Positions 28,073-37,403 of a DNA stretch of 64,000 nt are shown here, piece after piece. Position 1 is the first letter of the stretch. Every line of letters begins with the position of its first letter. The notes under the pieces were generated by a model, which had not been told where the DNA came from, ran no database searches, and was given only the letters and a program-made list of their open reading frames with translations. Position numbers and translations under genes: made by a program. Location: positions 1,038,622-1,102,621 of the forward strand of contig CAWAGQ010000004.1 in the NCBI GenBank assembly GCA_963781585.1. Direction: 5' to 3'. Origin of the DNA: an uncultured Gemmatimonadaceae bacterium. Its GTDB lineage: Bacteria; Gemmatimonadota; Gemmatimonadetes; Gemmatimonadales; Gemmatimonadaceae.

Positions 28073-29400
28073 GCGGCCGCCGCCTTGCGCTTCTTCAGCG
28101 CGGTCCTGCTGAACGCGAACAGCTGGGCGAGCGGGATGTTCGAGGGGCACACATAGGAGCACGCGCCACAGAGCATGCAATCGGCCAGGTGCAGCGCCTC
28201 CATGTCGTCATACCGGTTCAGCCGCGCGTAGTCGCCGAGCAGCGAGGGATTCAGGAACACCGGGCAGGCATCCAGACAGTTGCCGCAGTGGATGCAGGGG
28301 TAGATCTGTTCGCTGCGTGTCTCGTCGCCAGCCAGGGCCACGATGCCCGTGGTCCCCTTGGTGACCGGCGCGTCGAGGGAGCTCTGGGCCAGGCCCATCA
28401 TCGGGCCGCCGATGATGACTTCGGCCGCGTCGTCGGTGAGCCCTCCACAGAACTCCAGCACGTCACGCAGCCTGGTCCCCACCGGGACGATCAGGTTTCC
28501 GGGCTTCCGCACGCCACGGCCGCTCACGGTGACGATGCGTTCGATGAGCGGCATCCCGGTCTCGAAGACCTCGGCGATGGCCGCCACCGACCCGACATTC
28601 TGGACCAGCACGCCCAGGCTCACCGGCAGCTTGCCCGACGGCACCTCGCGACCGGTGACGGCGCGAATCAGCATCTTCTCCGCCCCCTGCGGATACTTCA
28701 CGGTCAGGGGGAGGATCGTCACGTCCAGGTCGGTGGGTGCCGACGCGCGCAGCGCCTCGATCGCGTCGGGCTTGTTGCGCTCCACACCGATCACCGTGCG
28801 CCGTACACCTAACGCGGCCATCATCACGCGGATGCCGAAGTGCACCCGGGCGGGGTACTCCGCCATGATGCGGTGATCGGATGTGAGATATGGCTCGCAC
28901 TCGGCGCCGTTGACGATGATCGACTCGACCGCGTACTCCTTCGGCGGCGAGAGCTTCACGTGGGTGGGGAAGGCCGCACCACCCAGCCCGACCACGCCCG
29001 CCTCCTGAACGGCAAGAACCGTCTGTTCGGTGGTCAAACCTTCCCACCTCGGCACCAGGCGTGGACGCGTGGTCTGTACCGCATACCGATCGACGGCGAT
29101 CCGCACCGCCATGGTATCGGTCCCGTCGATGTAGGGGGCCCACTCGATCGCGGTGACTCGTCCCGCGGCCGACGCATGGATGGGCACCGACATCCAGCCA
29201 TCGGACGTGCCGACCTTGTCGCCGCGTTCGACATGGTCGCCGGGCTTCACACAGGCGATGGCGGGCTTCCCGGCATGCTGCTGGAGCGGCAACACCAGCT
29301 CCGCCGGGAACGGCATCCGGCGAATCGGGAGCGTGTTGGTGAGTTCCTTGGATTCGGGAGGATGAACCCCGTGCTGGAAGCCGAACCGTGAGAGCAGCAT
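28069..29400 (-). CDS. rnfC: Rnf complex subunit C
   Basis: HGVHPPESK, GVVGLGGAAFPTHVKL, NGAECEPYL, YPQGAEK, GGPMMG, two CxxCxxCxxxCP motifs. Confidence 0.96.
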   Translation of the reverse strand: MLLSRFGFQHGVHPPESKELTNTLPIRRMPFPAELVLPLQQHAGKPAIACVKPGDHVERGDKVGTSDGWMSVPIHASAAGRVTAIEWAPYIDGTDTMAVRIAVDRYAVQTTRPRLVPRWEGLTTEQTVLAVQEAGVVGLGGAAFPTHVKLSPPKEYAVESIIVNGAECEPYLTSDHRIMAEYPARVHFGIRVMMAALGVRRTVIGVERNKPDAIEALRASAPTDLDVTILPLTVKYPQGAEKMLIRAVTGREVPSGKLPVSLGVLVQNVGSVAAIAEVFETGMPLIERIVTVSGRGVRKPGNLIVPVGTRLRDVLEFCGGLTDDAAEVIIGGPMMGLAQSSLDAPVTKGTTGIVALAGDETRSEQIYPCIHCGNCLDACPVFLNPSLLGDYARLNRYDDMEALHLADCMLCGACSYVCPSNIPLAQLFAFSRTALKKRKAAAA

Positions 29401-29404
29401 GTGA

Positions 29405-32400
29405 TCAGCTGAAGGGCTTGGCCCGCTCGATCCACTTCGGGAGATCCTTCTCCTTCGGGTTGAGCGGCGTTCCGGGGTGAATGGCGGCGACGGGGCACTT
29501 CTCGGCGGCCTGCACCAGCTGCGCGAACGTGCCGGCCTTTGCGTCCTTCACATACGCCTGCTTGTTCGCGTTGTAGGCGAACATGCGTCCGTTGAGATTC
29601 GTGCATTCGTTGCAGGTCGTGCACCGCGCCGACTCGACGTAGGCCTCCATCGCCAGGTCGTCGTCCTCCTGGGGTTGCGCAGGCGGCGCCGCCGCGGCCG
29701 CGGCGACGGCACCGTCCGCGCGGTGTGCGGTTTCCGGACCGGCCTCGGAAGACGCGTGAGACGCCGTGACGCCCGCACCGTTCGACCCGGAGGCCGCGTC
29801 CGGGGCTAGCGCGCTCCCCGAAGGGATGGCACTCGGTGCGGGCGCTGATACGGCATCGGAAACCAGATCGTTCGCCACGCCGGTGGCGAAACGGGACAGC
29901 AACTCGGTTGCGGCATGCGGGCCACCCGCGCTCCGCAGCAGCCCCTGGGCGAGACGCCGAGCAATCAACGGCGGGTAGCTCGCACGCAGGTCGGCCAGCT
30001 TCTTTTCGTACTCGCTGCGCAGCTCCTGCACCTGCCGATCGAAGTCCGACTCGACCGCGGACAGTACGCGCTCGCGAATGGCGGGCGCGACCTCCAGACC
30101 GGCGAGCTGGCGCAACTGCGACCAGAACAGGAGCCGTTCTTCCGCGAGTTGCACCATTTCGGCCGAGACCGCGAGCCGGCGGAGCCGCTTCTCTCCGGTG
30201 GTCGCCCAGATGAAGGGCGACTTCCCCGCTCTCTCGTCAGGCGCGAGGGCAACGTACTCGTGGAACGGCAGCATCTCGTCGTTCCAGGCGGCGTGCTTCA
30301 CTTCCCGGAAGTGCTTCCGGAAGCGTCCCTCGGTGGCCGCCCAGTCGGCGATGGTGAGCGGAAGGTCCATGCTGCCTGGGGCGCCGTCGTCGTCGGCATA
30401 GTGCAGGGTGTACGACGGCCACAGATCGTCGACGGCCGGATTGCCGTCGAGCGTGAGGCAGTCGGCCAGCGCGCCACCTGCGTCGGGATCGTAGGTCAGG
30501 AAGGGGAATGCCCGACTCTCGAGCGCCAGACGGGCGGCGTGCTGACCCCAGTCGTCGGCCAGCCCGTGCTCCACCGGACACGGCGTGTAGATGTTGAACA
30601 CCGCCGGCCGGCGCTGCTGCAGACCACGCAGGATGCCGCCCATGAGATGCGACGCCGAGGCCTGCGACGACTGGTGCACGAACACGCCGCGGTGCGCGAT
30701 GGCAATGAGGGCGAGTTCCTTCCGCACTTCGGTCTTGCCATGCTGCACCGCGCCATAAGCGGACATGTCGGCCACCTGACCCGTGAAACCACTGGTGCAC
30801 GCCTGTCCGCCGGTGTTCGAGTAGACCTGGGTGTCGAGGACGACCACCCGCAGCGGCTTTCCGGAGGCGAGCAGCCGCGAGAGGTTCTGGAAGCCGATAT
30901 CGAGCATGGCGCCATCGCCACCCATGGTGACGATGGGCGGGCACATGGCGAATTCCTCATCGGTGAACTGCTGCCAACCGACGGCGACGAATTCCTTCTC
31001 ATGCGTGGCCGCGTCGTAGGCGTCGTTGGCCAGCAGCTCGGCCCGTCGCACGCTCACGAACTGGTCGGCCATCTTGCGCATCTGCCCTTCGAAGACGCCG
31101 ATCGCCACCGACGGGGCGTCCTGGAAGAGGTGGTTCACCCACGGGAAGGGGTATGGATTGTACGGGTAGGTACTGCCCCACACCGACGAGCACCCGGTGC
31201 TGTTGGCCATGCCCAGGCGCGCCCTTCCCTTCCCAGCCGGCCCCTCCAGGTAGCGCCACCGAAGATCCTTGAGCTCGTCGATCGCCCGAGCGAGCAGCGC
31301 GAGGCGCTTCCGACGATCCTCATCAACCGGAACGGTGACTTCCCCAGCGGGGGCCTGACCGGCCGCGCGCAGATCGGCGCTGGAGGCGAGCAACTCGCGG
31401 GCCTTGGCGTCGAGGGTCGCGATGAGCGAATCGAGCCGCGCCACGTACCGCTCGACGCGCGGACCCATCAGCGCGTGGATCGTCGACGTGACCAGGTGGA
31501 CGGTCGTCTTTTCCCCGCAGCCCATGCAGGCGCCGTCGCCGCCCACCATCGACCGGTAGCTGTTCTTCTTGAGCAGCAACGACGGAAGCACGCCGACACC
31601 TTCGTCGATGCGCGAGACGTTCACGTACCGGTCGTCGGTGTCGGGAAGCTGCTTCCAGAATTCCCAGTTGCGGCGAAGTCGCGCGAGCTTGTCGTCGTCC
31701 TGCCGCACGGTTACGAGGGCCTGATCGGGGCAGACGGCGACACACAGGTTGCAGCCCTTGCAGGCCTCGGGGTTCACGGTGATGGAGAGGAGCCCGCCGC
31801 TCGCCTTTGCCTTGCTCTCGGGCAGATCGTAGAACGGTCGCGTGCGCGCAAAGCGCATCTCGGCTATGGTGGCGTGCACCGGCTCGAACTCGGCATCGAC
31901 AGCGACCCGACGCTCGGGCTCTGTGACGAGTTTTCCGGCAACGGTGTCGTAGGCGCGTCGCAGCGCGGTCGCGAAGTCCACGGAGGGATCACCGGCCATG
32001 ACGCGTCGCGACTCCTTGCTGACAGGCTTGACCAGCTGCCGCAGGCGATCCAGCGGCGCACGCTGGCGCTCGGCGACGTCGATTGCGGAGCCAAGCGTGT
32101 CTTCGACGCCGGTCACGAGCCCCGGGATGGCAGCGTCGGGACATTGGGTCCAGCACTGCGCGCAGCCCGTGCACTTTTCCGCAATGAAGTCGGGTATCTC
32201 CATCCGCACACCGCTCATGTCGCGCACGGCGCCGGTGGCGGCGGGGATGGCGCTGATGGCGGCGAACGGATCGGCGATCACGTCCTGGGAGAGCTTGCAG
32301 ACGGCGCAGACCTGCTCCCAGAACCGTCCCGGGTTGCCGATGCCCTGTTCCGCGTCAGGCACGTCGAGCACGTCAGGAATAGCCGGGACCGCTCCGTTCT

Positions 32401-34543
32401 CGTGGGCGTGGTCCGGCAGATCGACCGCGTCGACACCCACCACCTCGTCGTAGCCGCGGCGGATGACGCGCAGGTTGTCTTCCACCACCTGCGCGCCACG
32501 ATGTCCGAACTTCTTGTCGAGCTGCTGGTGGATGCCGTCGAAGAGCGCCGCTTCGCTGCCGCCCTCCCGCTCCAGCAGCGGCGAGACCCGGAAGAAGGCG
32601 CCGAGGAACGCCGCGCCCTGCATCCGGTAGCGCAGGTCGGCATCGGAGGCTTCGGCGGCGGCGATGCGAAAGGCGTCGATGACATAGGTGCGAATTCCGC
32701 GGCGTCGGATTTCGGCACGCGCCCCGGGCGGCAGGGTCGCCCATGCCGCAACCGGCTCCAGCTCGCTCTGCAGCACGAAGACGCCGCCGTCGGCCAACCC
32801 CGCCAGAGGATCCGAGTGGCGGAAGACGTTCGGATCGGGGGCGAGCACGACGTCGACGTGTTTCAACTCGCCATTGAGGCGAATCGGCTCATGTGCGAGC
32901 GTGGCGTAGAAGGTGGTGGGTTGTCCCTTCTTCTCGGATCCGTATTTCGGGTTGGCCTTGATGTGCATCCCGAACAGCTCGAAGGCGGTCATCGACAGGT
33001 TCTTGCCCATCGTGATCGCGCCCCAGCCGCCCACCGAGTGAATGCGCACGGACGTCGAGTTCTTCGGCATCAGGTTGAAGTCACCGGCCGACTTGAGCGC
33101 GAGATCTTCGATGTCCGGGTACGCTTCGATCAGCTGCTCCTGCCAGATCTGGAGCTTGGGCAGGCGCGTGTCCCGGCGAATGAAGTCGATACCGAGGTAG
33201 AACTGGCGGCGCCGCTCCGCGCGGGCCGCGGGCAGCATATTCTCGACCGCGGCGATCACGTCGCCAGGCTGCAGGTCGCGGCTGCCGAGGCCGAAGCACC
33301 CGGAGTAGCAGTCGGGGATGTCGTCCGGGGCGATCAGCTGGATGCCCGGATGCGGCACGCTCACGCCTCGAGCGCGGAAGTTCTCGTGGCCTTTCGACAG
33401 CGCGGCGCGGATCTCGCGCAGCAACGGGAGATCGACCGCCAGCGGCTGGTCGGTCCGTTCCAGCACCACCACGCCCTTCTTGCCGCGAAGCAGGCGTGAG
33501 ATCAGGTCGGCGGGGAACGGCCGGAACATGGTGAGGTTGACCACGCCGACGCGGAGCTGTCGGGTTTCCCGCAGGAAGTCGGCGACCGCTTCGGCGTTGG
33601 CCACGAGCGAACCCTGTCCTACGATGAGATACTCCGCATCGTCGGTGCGGTATCCGGTGGCACGCGCATAACGACGCCCGGTCAGAGTGGCGAATTCGGC
33701 CATGGCGCGGTCAGTCAGATCCGCCAGGTGCTCGAAATAGAACGGGCGCTGGGCGGCGACCCCCTGGGCATAACTGTCCTGGTTCTGCACCACGCCGAGC
33801 ATGGCCGGGTGGTCGAGATCGAACATCTCCGGAATGCGACGGCGTTTCGCGCCGAAGACGAGGCGCTGTGCGGGCGTCGGCGCGTCGATGAAATCGGCCG
33901 GGCTCCCGAGGAACTCACGCACCAAGTCGCGTTCGGGGAGCCGGATCGACTCGATGACGTGACTGGTCAGGAAGCCGTCCTGGGCGCAGATCCCCGGGTT
34001 GAGCGACAGTTCGGCGATGCGGTGCGCGATGAGATTGAGGTCGGCGCTCTCCTGGACGTCCTTGGCGAAGAGCTGGAAGAATCCGGAGTCGTCGACGGCG
34101 TGGTAGTCGTCGTGGCCGGCGTGGACGTTGAGCGCGTGCTTGGTGAGCGCCCGAGCAGCCACGTTGAGGACGTAGGTGAGTCGCTTTCCGACAGCCGGGT
34201 AGAGCGATTCGTGCATGTACACGATGCCCTGTCCGCTGGAGAAGTTCGTCGCCCGCATACCGGTCATGCTCATGCCGGCGGTAACGGCGGCGGCGGCGTG
34301 CTCGCCCTCGGGCTCGAAGAAGAGGAGGCGGCGGCCGAACACGTTGGTCTTGCCCTCGGCCACCGCGGCCGCCCACCCTTCGCCCATCTGTGTGGAGGGG
34401 GTGATGGGATATGCTCCGGCGGCTTCGCTGGCCGCGGTCTCCATCGCCACGACGGCGGCAGATCCGTCCATCGCCTCGACAACGCCCGGATAGCGAGGCG
34501 GTGCCGCCGCTGGTTCGCTGGTCTTTCCCGGCCAGATCTTCAT
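29405..34543 (-). CDS. nifJ: Large single-chain pyruvate:ferredoxin oxidoreductase (NifJ/PFOR type, ~1712 aa) with an extra C-terminal ferredoxin domain
   Basis: YPITPST, EGEHAAA, VAARAL, FRPFP, GLGSRD, two 4Fe-4S motifs, GACMGCGE, NSTGCSSVWG, GGDG...VYSNTGGQ TPP motif, terminal CTTCNEC...CP; start ATG 34543 overlaps rnfB stop (ATGA). Substrate assignment inferred. Confidence 0.88.
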   Translation of the reverse strand: MKIWPGKTSEPAAAPPRYPGVVEAMDGSAAVVAMETAASEAAGAYPITPSTQMGEGWAAAVAEGKTNVFGRRLLFFEPEGEHAAAAVTAGMSMTGMRATNFSSGQGIVYMHESLYPAVGKRLTYVLNVAARALTKHALNVHAGHDDYHAVDDSGFFQLFAKDVQESADLNLIAHRIAELSLNPGICAQDGFLTSHVIESIRLPERDLVREFLGSPADFIDAPTPAQRLVFGAKRRRIPEMFDLDHPAMLGVVQNQDSYAQGVAAQRPFYFEHLADLTDRAMAEFATLTGRRYARATGYRTDDAEYLIVGQGSLVANAEAVADFLRETRQLRVGVVNLTMFRPFPADLISRLLRGKKGVVVLERTDQPLAVDLPLLREIRAALSKGHENFRARGVSVPHPGIQLIAPDDIPDCYSGCFGLGSRDLQPGDVIAAVENMLPAARAERRRQFYLGIDFIRRDTRLPKLQIWQEQLIEAYPDIEDLALKSAGDFNLMPKNSTSVRIHSVGGWGAITMGKNLSMTAFELFGMHIKANPKYGSEKKGQPTTFYATLAHEPIRLNGELKHVDVVLAPDPNVFRHSDPLAGLADGGVFVLQSELEPVAAWATLPPGARAEIRRRGIRTYVIDAFRIAAAEASDADLRYRMQGAAFLGAFFRVSPLLEREGGSEAALFDGIHQQLDKKFGHRGAQVVEDNLRVIRRGYDEVVGVDAVDLPDHAHENGAVPAIPDVLDVPDAEQGIGNPGRFWEQVCAVCKLSQDVIADPFAAISAIPAATGAVRDMSGVRMEIPDFIAEKCTGCAQCWTQCPDAAIPGLVTGVEDTLGSAIDVAERQRAPLDRLRQLVKPVSKESRRVMAGDPSVDFATALRRAYDTVAGKLVTEPERRVAVDAEFEPVHATIAEMRFARTRPFYDLPESKAKASGGLLSITVNPEACKGCNLCVAVCPDQALVTVRQDDDKLARLRRNWEFWKQLPDTDDRYVNVSRIDEGVGVLPSLLLKKNSYRSMVGGDGACMGCGEKTTVHLVTSTIHALMGPRVERYVARLDSLIATLDAKARELLASSADLRAAGQAPAGEVTVPVDEDRRKRLALLARAIDELKDLRWRYLEGPAGKGRARLGMANSTGCSSVWGSTYPYNPYPFPWVNHLFQDAPSVAIGVFEGQMRKMADQFVSVRRAELLANDAYDAATHEKEFVAVGWQQFTDEEFAMCPPIVTMGGDGAMLDIGFQNLSRLLASGKPLRVVVLDTQVYSNTGGQACTSGFTGQVADMSAYGAVQHGKTEVRKELALIAIAHRGVFVHQSSQASASHLMGGILRGLQQRRPAVFNIYTPCPVEHGLADDWGQHAARLALESRAFPFLTYDPDAGGALADCLTLDGNPAVDDLWPSYTLHYADDDGAPGSMDLPLTIADWAATEGRFRKHFREVKHAAWNDEMLPFHEYVALAPDERAGKSPFIWATTGEKRLRRLAVSAEMVQLAEERLLFWSQLRQLAGLEVAPAIRERVLSAVESDFDRQVQELRSEYEKKLADLRASYPPLIARRLAQGLLRSAGGPHAATELLSRFATGVANDLVSDAVSAPAPSAIPSGSALAPDAASGSNGAGVTASHASSEAGPETAHRADGAVAAAAAAPPAQPQEDDDLAMEAYVESARCTTCNECTNLNGRMFAYNANKQAYVKDAKAGTFAQLVQAAEKCPVAAIHPGTPLNPKEKDLPKWIERAKPFS

Positions 34544-35379
34544 GCGTGCGCGCTCCCGACGAGACTGTCCTGACTGACGAACTGCGCCCGGTCGAGCCAG
34601 ACGATCGCGCCGGTGGGACAGCGCTCGACGGCGCGTGGGTCCTCGAGTTCGACCTTCGAGTAGTCGATCACGGCGACGCCGGTGGCGACCGAAACCAGAC
34701 CGACCGCGGCATCGACGACGCACTTGCCGCAGGCGGTACAGGCGACGCGGCAATCCTCGAGGATGTCGTCCCCGACGCGCAGGTTGCGGCACTGCACCAG
34801 CAGGTGGTGATCGACGGGCATGATGGTAAACAGGTCCTTGGGGCAGGCATCGACGCAGTCGCCACAAGCCGTGCACTTGTCGACGTCGACCACCGGCAGG
34901 CCCATGTCGTTCATCGCGATCGCATCGAAGTCGCACACCCGCGCGCAGTCGCCCAGGCCGAGACAGCCCCAGGCACAGCCCTTGGCGCCGCTGGCCACGG
35001 CGGCGGCCGCCGCGCAGGTGCGCACGCCGCGATACTCGGCGCGGGCAAAGGCGACGTCGGACCCACCCGCGCAGTGCAGTCGCGCGACCCGCTTCACGGC
35101 CGTGCCGGCATCGACGCCGAGAAACGCGGCGATGCCGGCGATGCCCTCGGCGTTGGACACGGTGCACTGGGCGGGCTGGATGGTGCCCGCGACAGCCTGC
35201 TCGGCGAACGCCCGGCATCCCGGCAGGCCGCACGCGCCGCAGTTGGCGTTAGGCAGCATGGCGGCGACCGCGTCGATGCGCGGGTCCTCGTACACCCGGA
35301 GGCGCCGGTACGCGGCGGCAATCAGGCCGCCGAAGACCAGGCCCACGCCGCCGAGGATCGCGATCGCCAGGAGAATCAT
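34540..35379 (-). CDS. rnfB: Rnf complex subunit B
   Basis: N-terminal TM, LPNANCGACGLPGC, CAWGCLGLGDCARVC, CTACGDCVDACP, further Fe-S cysteines. Confidence 0.93.
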   Translation of the reverse strand: MILLAIAILGGVGLVFGGLIAAAYRRLRVYEDPRIDAVAAMLPNANCGACGLPGCRAFAEQAVAGTIQPAQCTVSNAEGIAGIAAFLGVDAGTAVKRVARLHCAGGSDVAFARAEYRGVRTCAAAAAVASGAKGCAWGCLGLGDCARVCDFDAIAMNDMGLPVVDVDKCTACGDCVDACPKDLFTIMPVDHHLLVQCRNLRVGDDILEDCRVACTACGKCVVDAAVGLVSVATGVAVIDYSKVELEDPRAVERCPTGAIVWLDRAQFVSQDSLVGSAHA

Positions 35380-35392
35380 TGCCGGTCGCCCC

Positions 35393-36463
35393 TCACGAAT
35401 CGCCGAGCCGGGACTGGGCCAGCAACCAGGACGCCAGCCGATCCACTGCATCATCGCTGCCCGCGTCGGTCACCGCTTCGGCCGGAAGCGGCGGCGCGAG
35501 CGGGGCGGCGGCCAGCGCCTCGAGTTGCCCCAGATCTTCCTGCATCTGCCAGACACTCGCTCCCCCGATCGTCCTTTCCGGTGCGACGCCGGTTCGCCAG
35601 ACCGACAGACGCTGCCAGGCTTCGCGCCCACGAGCGGGATCGTGGAGGAAGCACGCCGCGCCGTCGGGCACGATCGCGGCAATGCCGGGCCCCGCGCTGG
35701 TGGCCAGGAGATCCAGTCCGGTCGCGTCTCCGGTCTGCAGCACCAGAGCGCCCGGGGTGACCAGGCGAACGAGGGGCGCCGGTGGGCACGGTTCCTCCAC
35801 CACGAGCACCAGCTTCTCGCGCCCGTCCATGAAGGTCGCGAGCTCGCCCGCGCGAAGGTCGGCACCGCCGACCAGCACGATCAGCGGCGGCGCATACCGT
35901 CGCTCCGTCCTGGTCCACGAGCGGAAGGCAAGTACGTCCAGCAGCCGATCGTGCTCGGCAGGAACGAACGCACCGCTGCGAATGAGTTCGATCGACAGCA
36001 GCGCGCCGAAGGCGCGACCCAGGCGGGACAGCGCGGCTTCCACGACTGCGCCGATCGAATCTCCCGGCGACACCCGGGCCAGGAACAGATCGTCGCCGTG
36101 CACCAACATCGAGCGCAGCGTGTCGACGGCGCGCTCCAATCGCTCACGCTGATCGTCGGACAACGGCGGCAGTGCGTCGAACAGATGCGTGAACACCGCC
36201 GGATCCACGCGCCCTGCCGCGAAGTGTCCCAGCTCGCGGGCCATGCGCTGGCGGCGGGCGTCGTCGCCCGACATCCGCGCCAGGCTGAGCGCCTCGGCCT
36301 GTTCCAGCGCCCCCGCCAGCGCGGCCCGGAATTCCGCGACCGGCCGGGCGAGCGCGTCGAACGCCAGCCGCAGGCGCTGTCTCGCGCTGCCCGATCCGTT
36401 GTCGGCGGATGCGCCAAGCGCGTCCAGCGCGGCCGAGACGAGTGACGTTGCGTCAGACCGCAT
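35393..36463 (-). CDS. Hypothetical protein; degenerate paralogue of the PFOR TPP-binding (beta) domain
   Basis: By-eye alignment with the adjacent PFOR C-terminal domain (see findings); lacks GDG motif and Fe-S cysteines. Confidence 0.7.
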   Translation of the reverse strand: MRSDATSLVSAALDALGASADNGSGSARQRLRLAFDALARPVAEFRAALAGALEQAEALSLARMSGDDARRQRMARELGHFAAGRVDPAVFTHLFDALPPLSDDQRERLERAVDTLRSMLVHGDDLFLARVSPGDSIGAVVEAALSRLGRAFGALLSIELIRSGAFVPAEHDRLLDVLAFRSWTRTERRYAPPLIVLVGGADLRAGELATFMDGREKLVLVVEEPCPPAPLVRLVTPGALVLQTGDATGLDLLATSAGPGIAAIVPDGAACFLHDPARGREAWQRLSVWRTGVAPERTIGGASVWQMQEDLGQLEALAAAPLAPPLPAEAVTDAGSDDAVDRLASWLLAQSRLGDS

Positions 36464-37403
36464 AGCGATCGAGCTCCGCTTCCAGCAGAGAGAGACGTTC
36501 GTCGGCTGACCTGGGCGCCACCCGGCGGAGATCTTCGTACCGCTCCCGCGTAGGATCGCGATAGAAGAGCCCCAGGCGGATGGAGTCGGTGGGTTCGGCG
36601 AGGCGCCGCGCCGCGTCGAGATCGCGCGGATCGTGCACCAGGCGTTGCTTGTAGATGCCTTCGATCTCCGGAGCGGCCACGCCCGCGTCGTGCACCAGCA
36701 GCTCCACCAGCGCCGGCTTCTTCACGGCCTCGGCGTAGATGCCCGGCGTGTAGACGGGACAGCGCTGGAGGATGCGCACGAACGACAGGCCACGATGCCG
36801 GTATGCGGCCCGCAACGTGGCGTAGAGATGGGCGGGAACGAACTCGGCCGTCTGCGCCACGAACGAGGCGTTGGTGACGCCTAACGCTACCGTCAACGGA
36901 TTGAGCGACGGCAGGTACGAACCGCGGGGCTGGGTGTTGCTCGGCAGCCCGCGGGGCGTGGTCGGCGAGGTCTGGTTCTTGGTCAGGCCGTAGATGCCGT
37001 TGTCGAGCAGCATCACGGTCAGGTCCGGATTGTAGCGAAGGGCGTGAACCCAGTGCGCGGCGCCGATCGAACAGCAGTCCCCGTCGCCCATGACGACAAA
37101 CACGTCGAGGTCGGGGCGGTGCAGCTTGATGCCGGTCGCCACCGGCAGCGCCCGACCGTGGATGCCGTGAAAACCGTAGGTCTTGAGATAGTGCGGGAAG
37201 CGGCTGGAGCAGCCGATGCCGGACACGAACACCGTCGTCTCGGGTCGCAGCTGTTCGGACGTGAGCAGCTTTTCCACGGCCGTGAGCACGGAATGATCGC
37301 CACACCCCGGGCACCATCGCGCCCGCGCGCCCTCGTAGTCGCTCAACTCGAAGTGGCGATCATCGTCGTCGGCGAAGAGCAGACCACACTGCAGCTCGTT
37401 CAT
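36453..37403 (-). CDS. korB: 2-oxoacid:ferredoxin oxidoreductase beta subunit
   Basis: WCPGCGD, SGIGCSSR, HGRALP, GDGD...NGIYGLTKNQ, QRCP; ATGA overlap with alpha. Confidence 0.92.
   Translation of the reverse strand: MNELQCGLLFADDDDRHFELSDYEGARARWCPGCGDHSVLTAVEKLLTSEQLRPETTVFVSGIGCSSRFPHYLKTYGFHGIHGRALPVATGIKLHRPDLDVFVVMGDGDCCSIGAAHWVHALRYNPDLTVMLLDNGIYGLTKNQTSPTTPRGLPSNTQPRGSYLPSLNPLTVALGVTNASFVAQTAEFVPAHLYATLRAAYRHRGLSFVRILQRCPVYTPGIYAEAVKKPALVELLVHDAGVAAPEIEGIYKQRLVHDPRDLDAARRLAEPTDSIRLGLFYRDPTRERYEDLRRVAPRSADERLSLLEAELDRYAV

Noticed and set aside
29915..33499. 1194-aa plus-strand ORF
   Set aside because: Antisense shadow of PFOR; long stop-free antisense frames are expected in high-GC coding DNA
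29405..34543. Nitrogen fixation inferred from nifJ plus rnf
   Set aside because: No nitrogenase or cofactor genes; both families are common outside diazotrophs
34544..35233. N-terminal 230 aa of the 1942-aa ORF, suggesting an RnfB-PFOR fusion
   Set aside because: Arg-rich off-frame reading of rnfB; rnfB has its own stop overlapping the PFOR ATG at 34543
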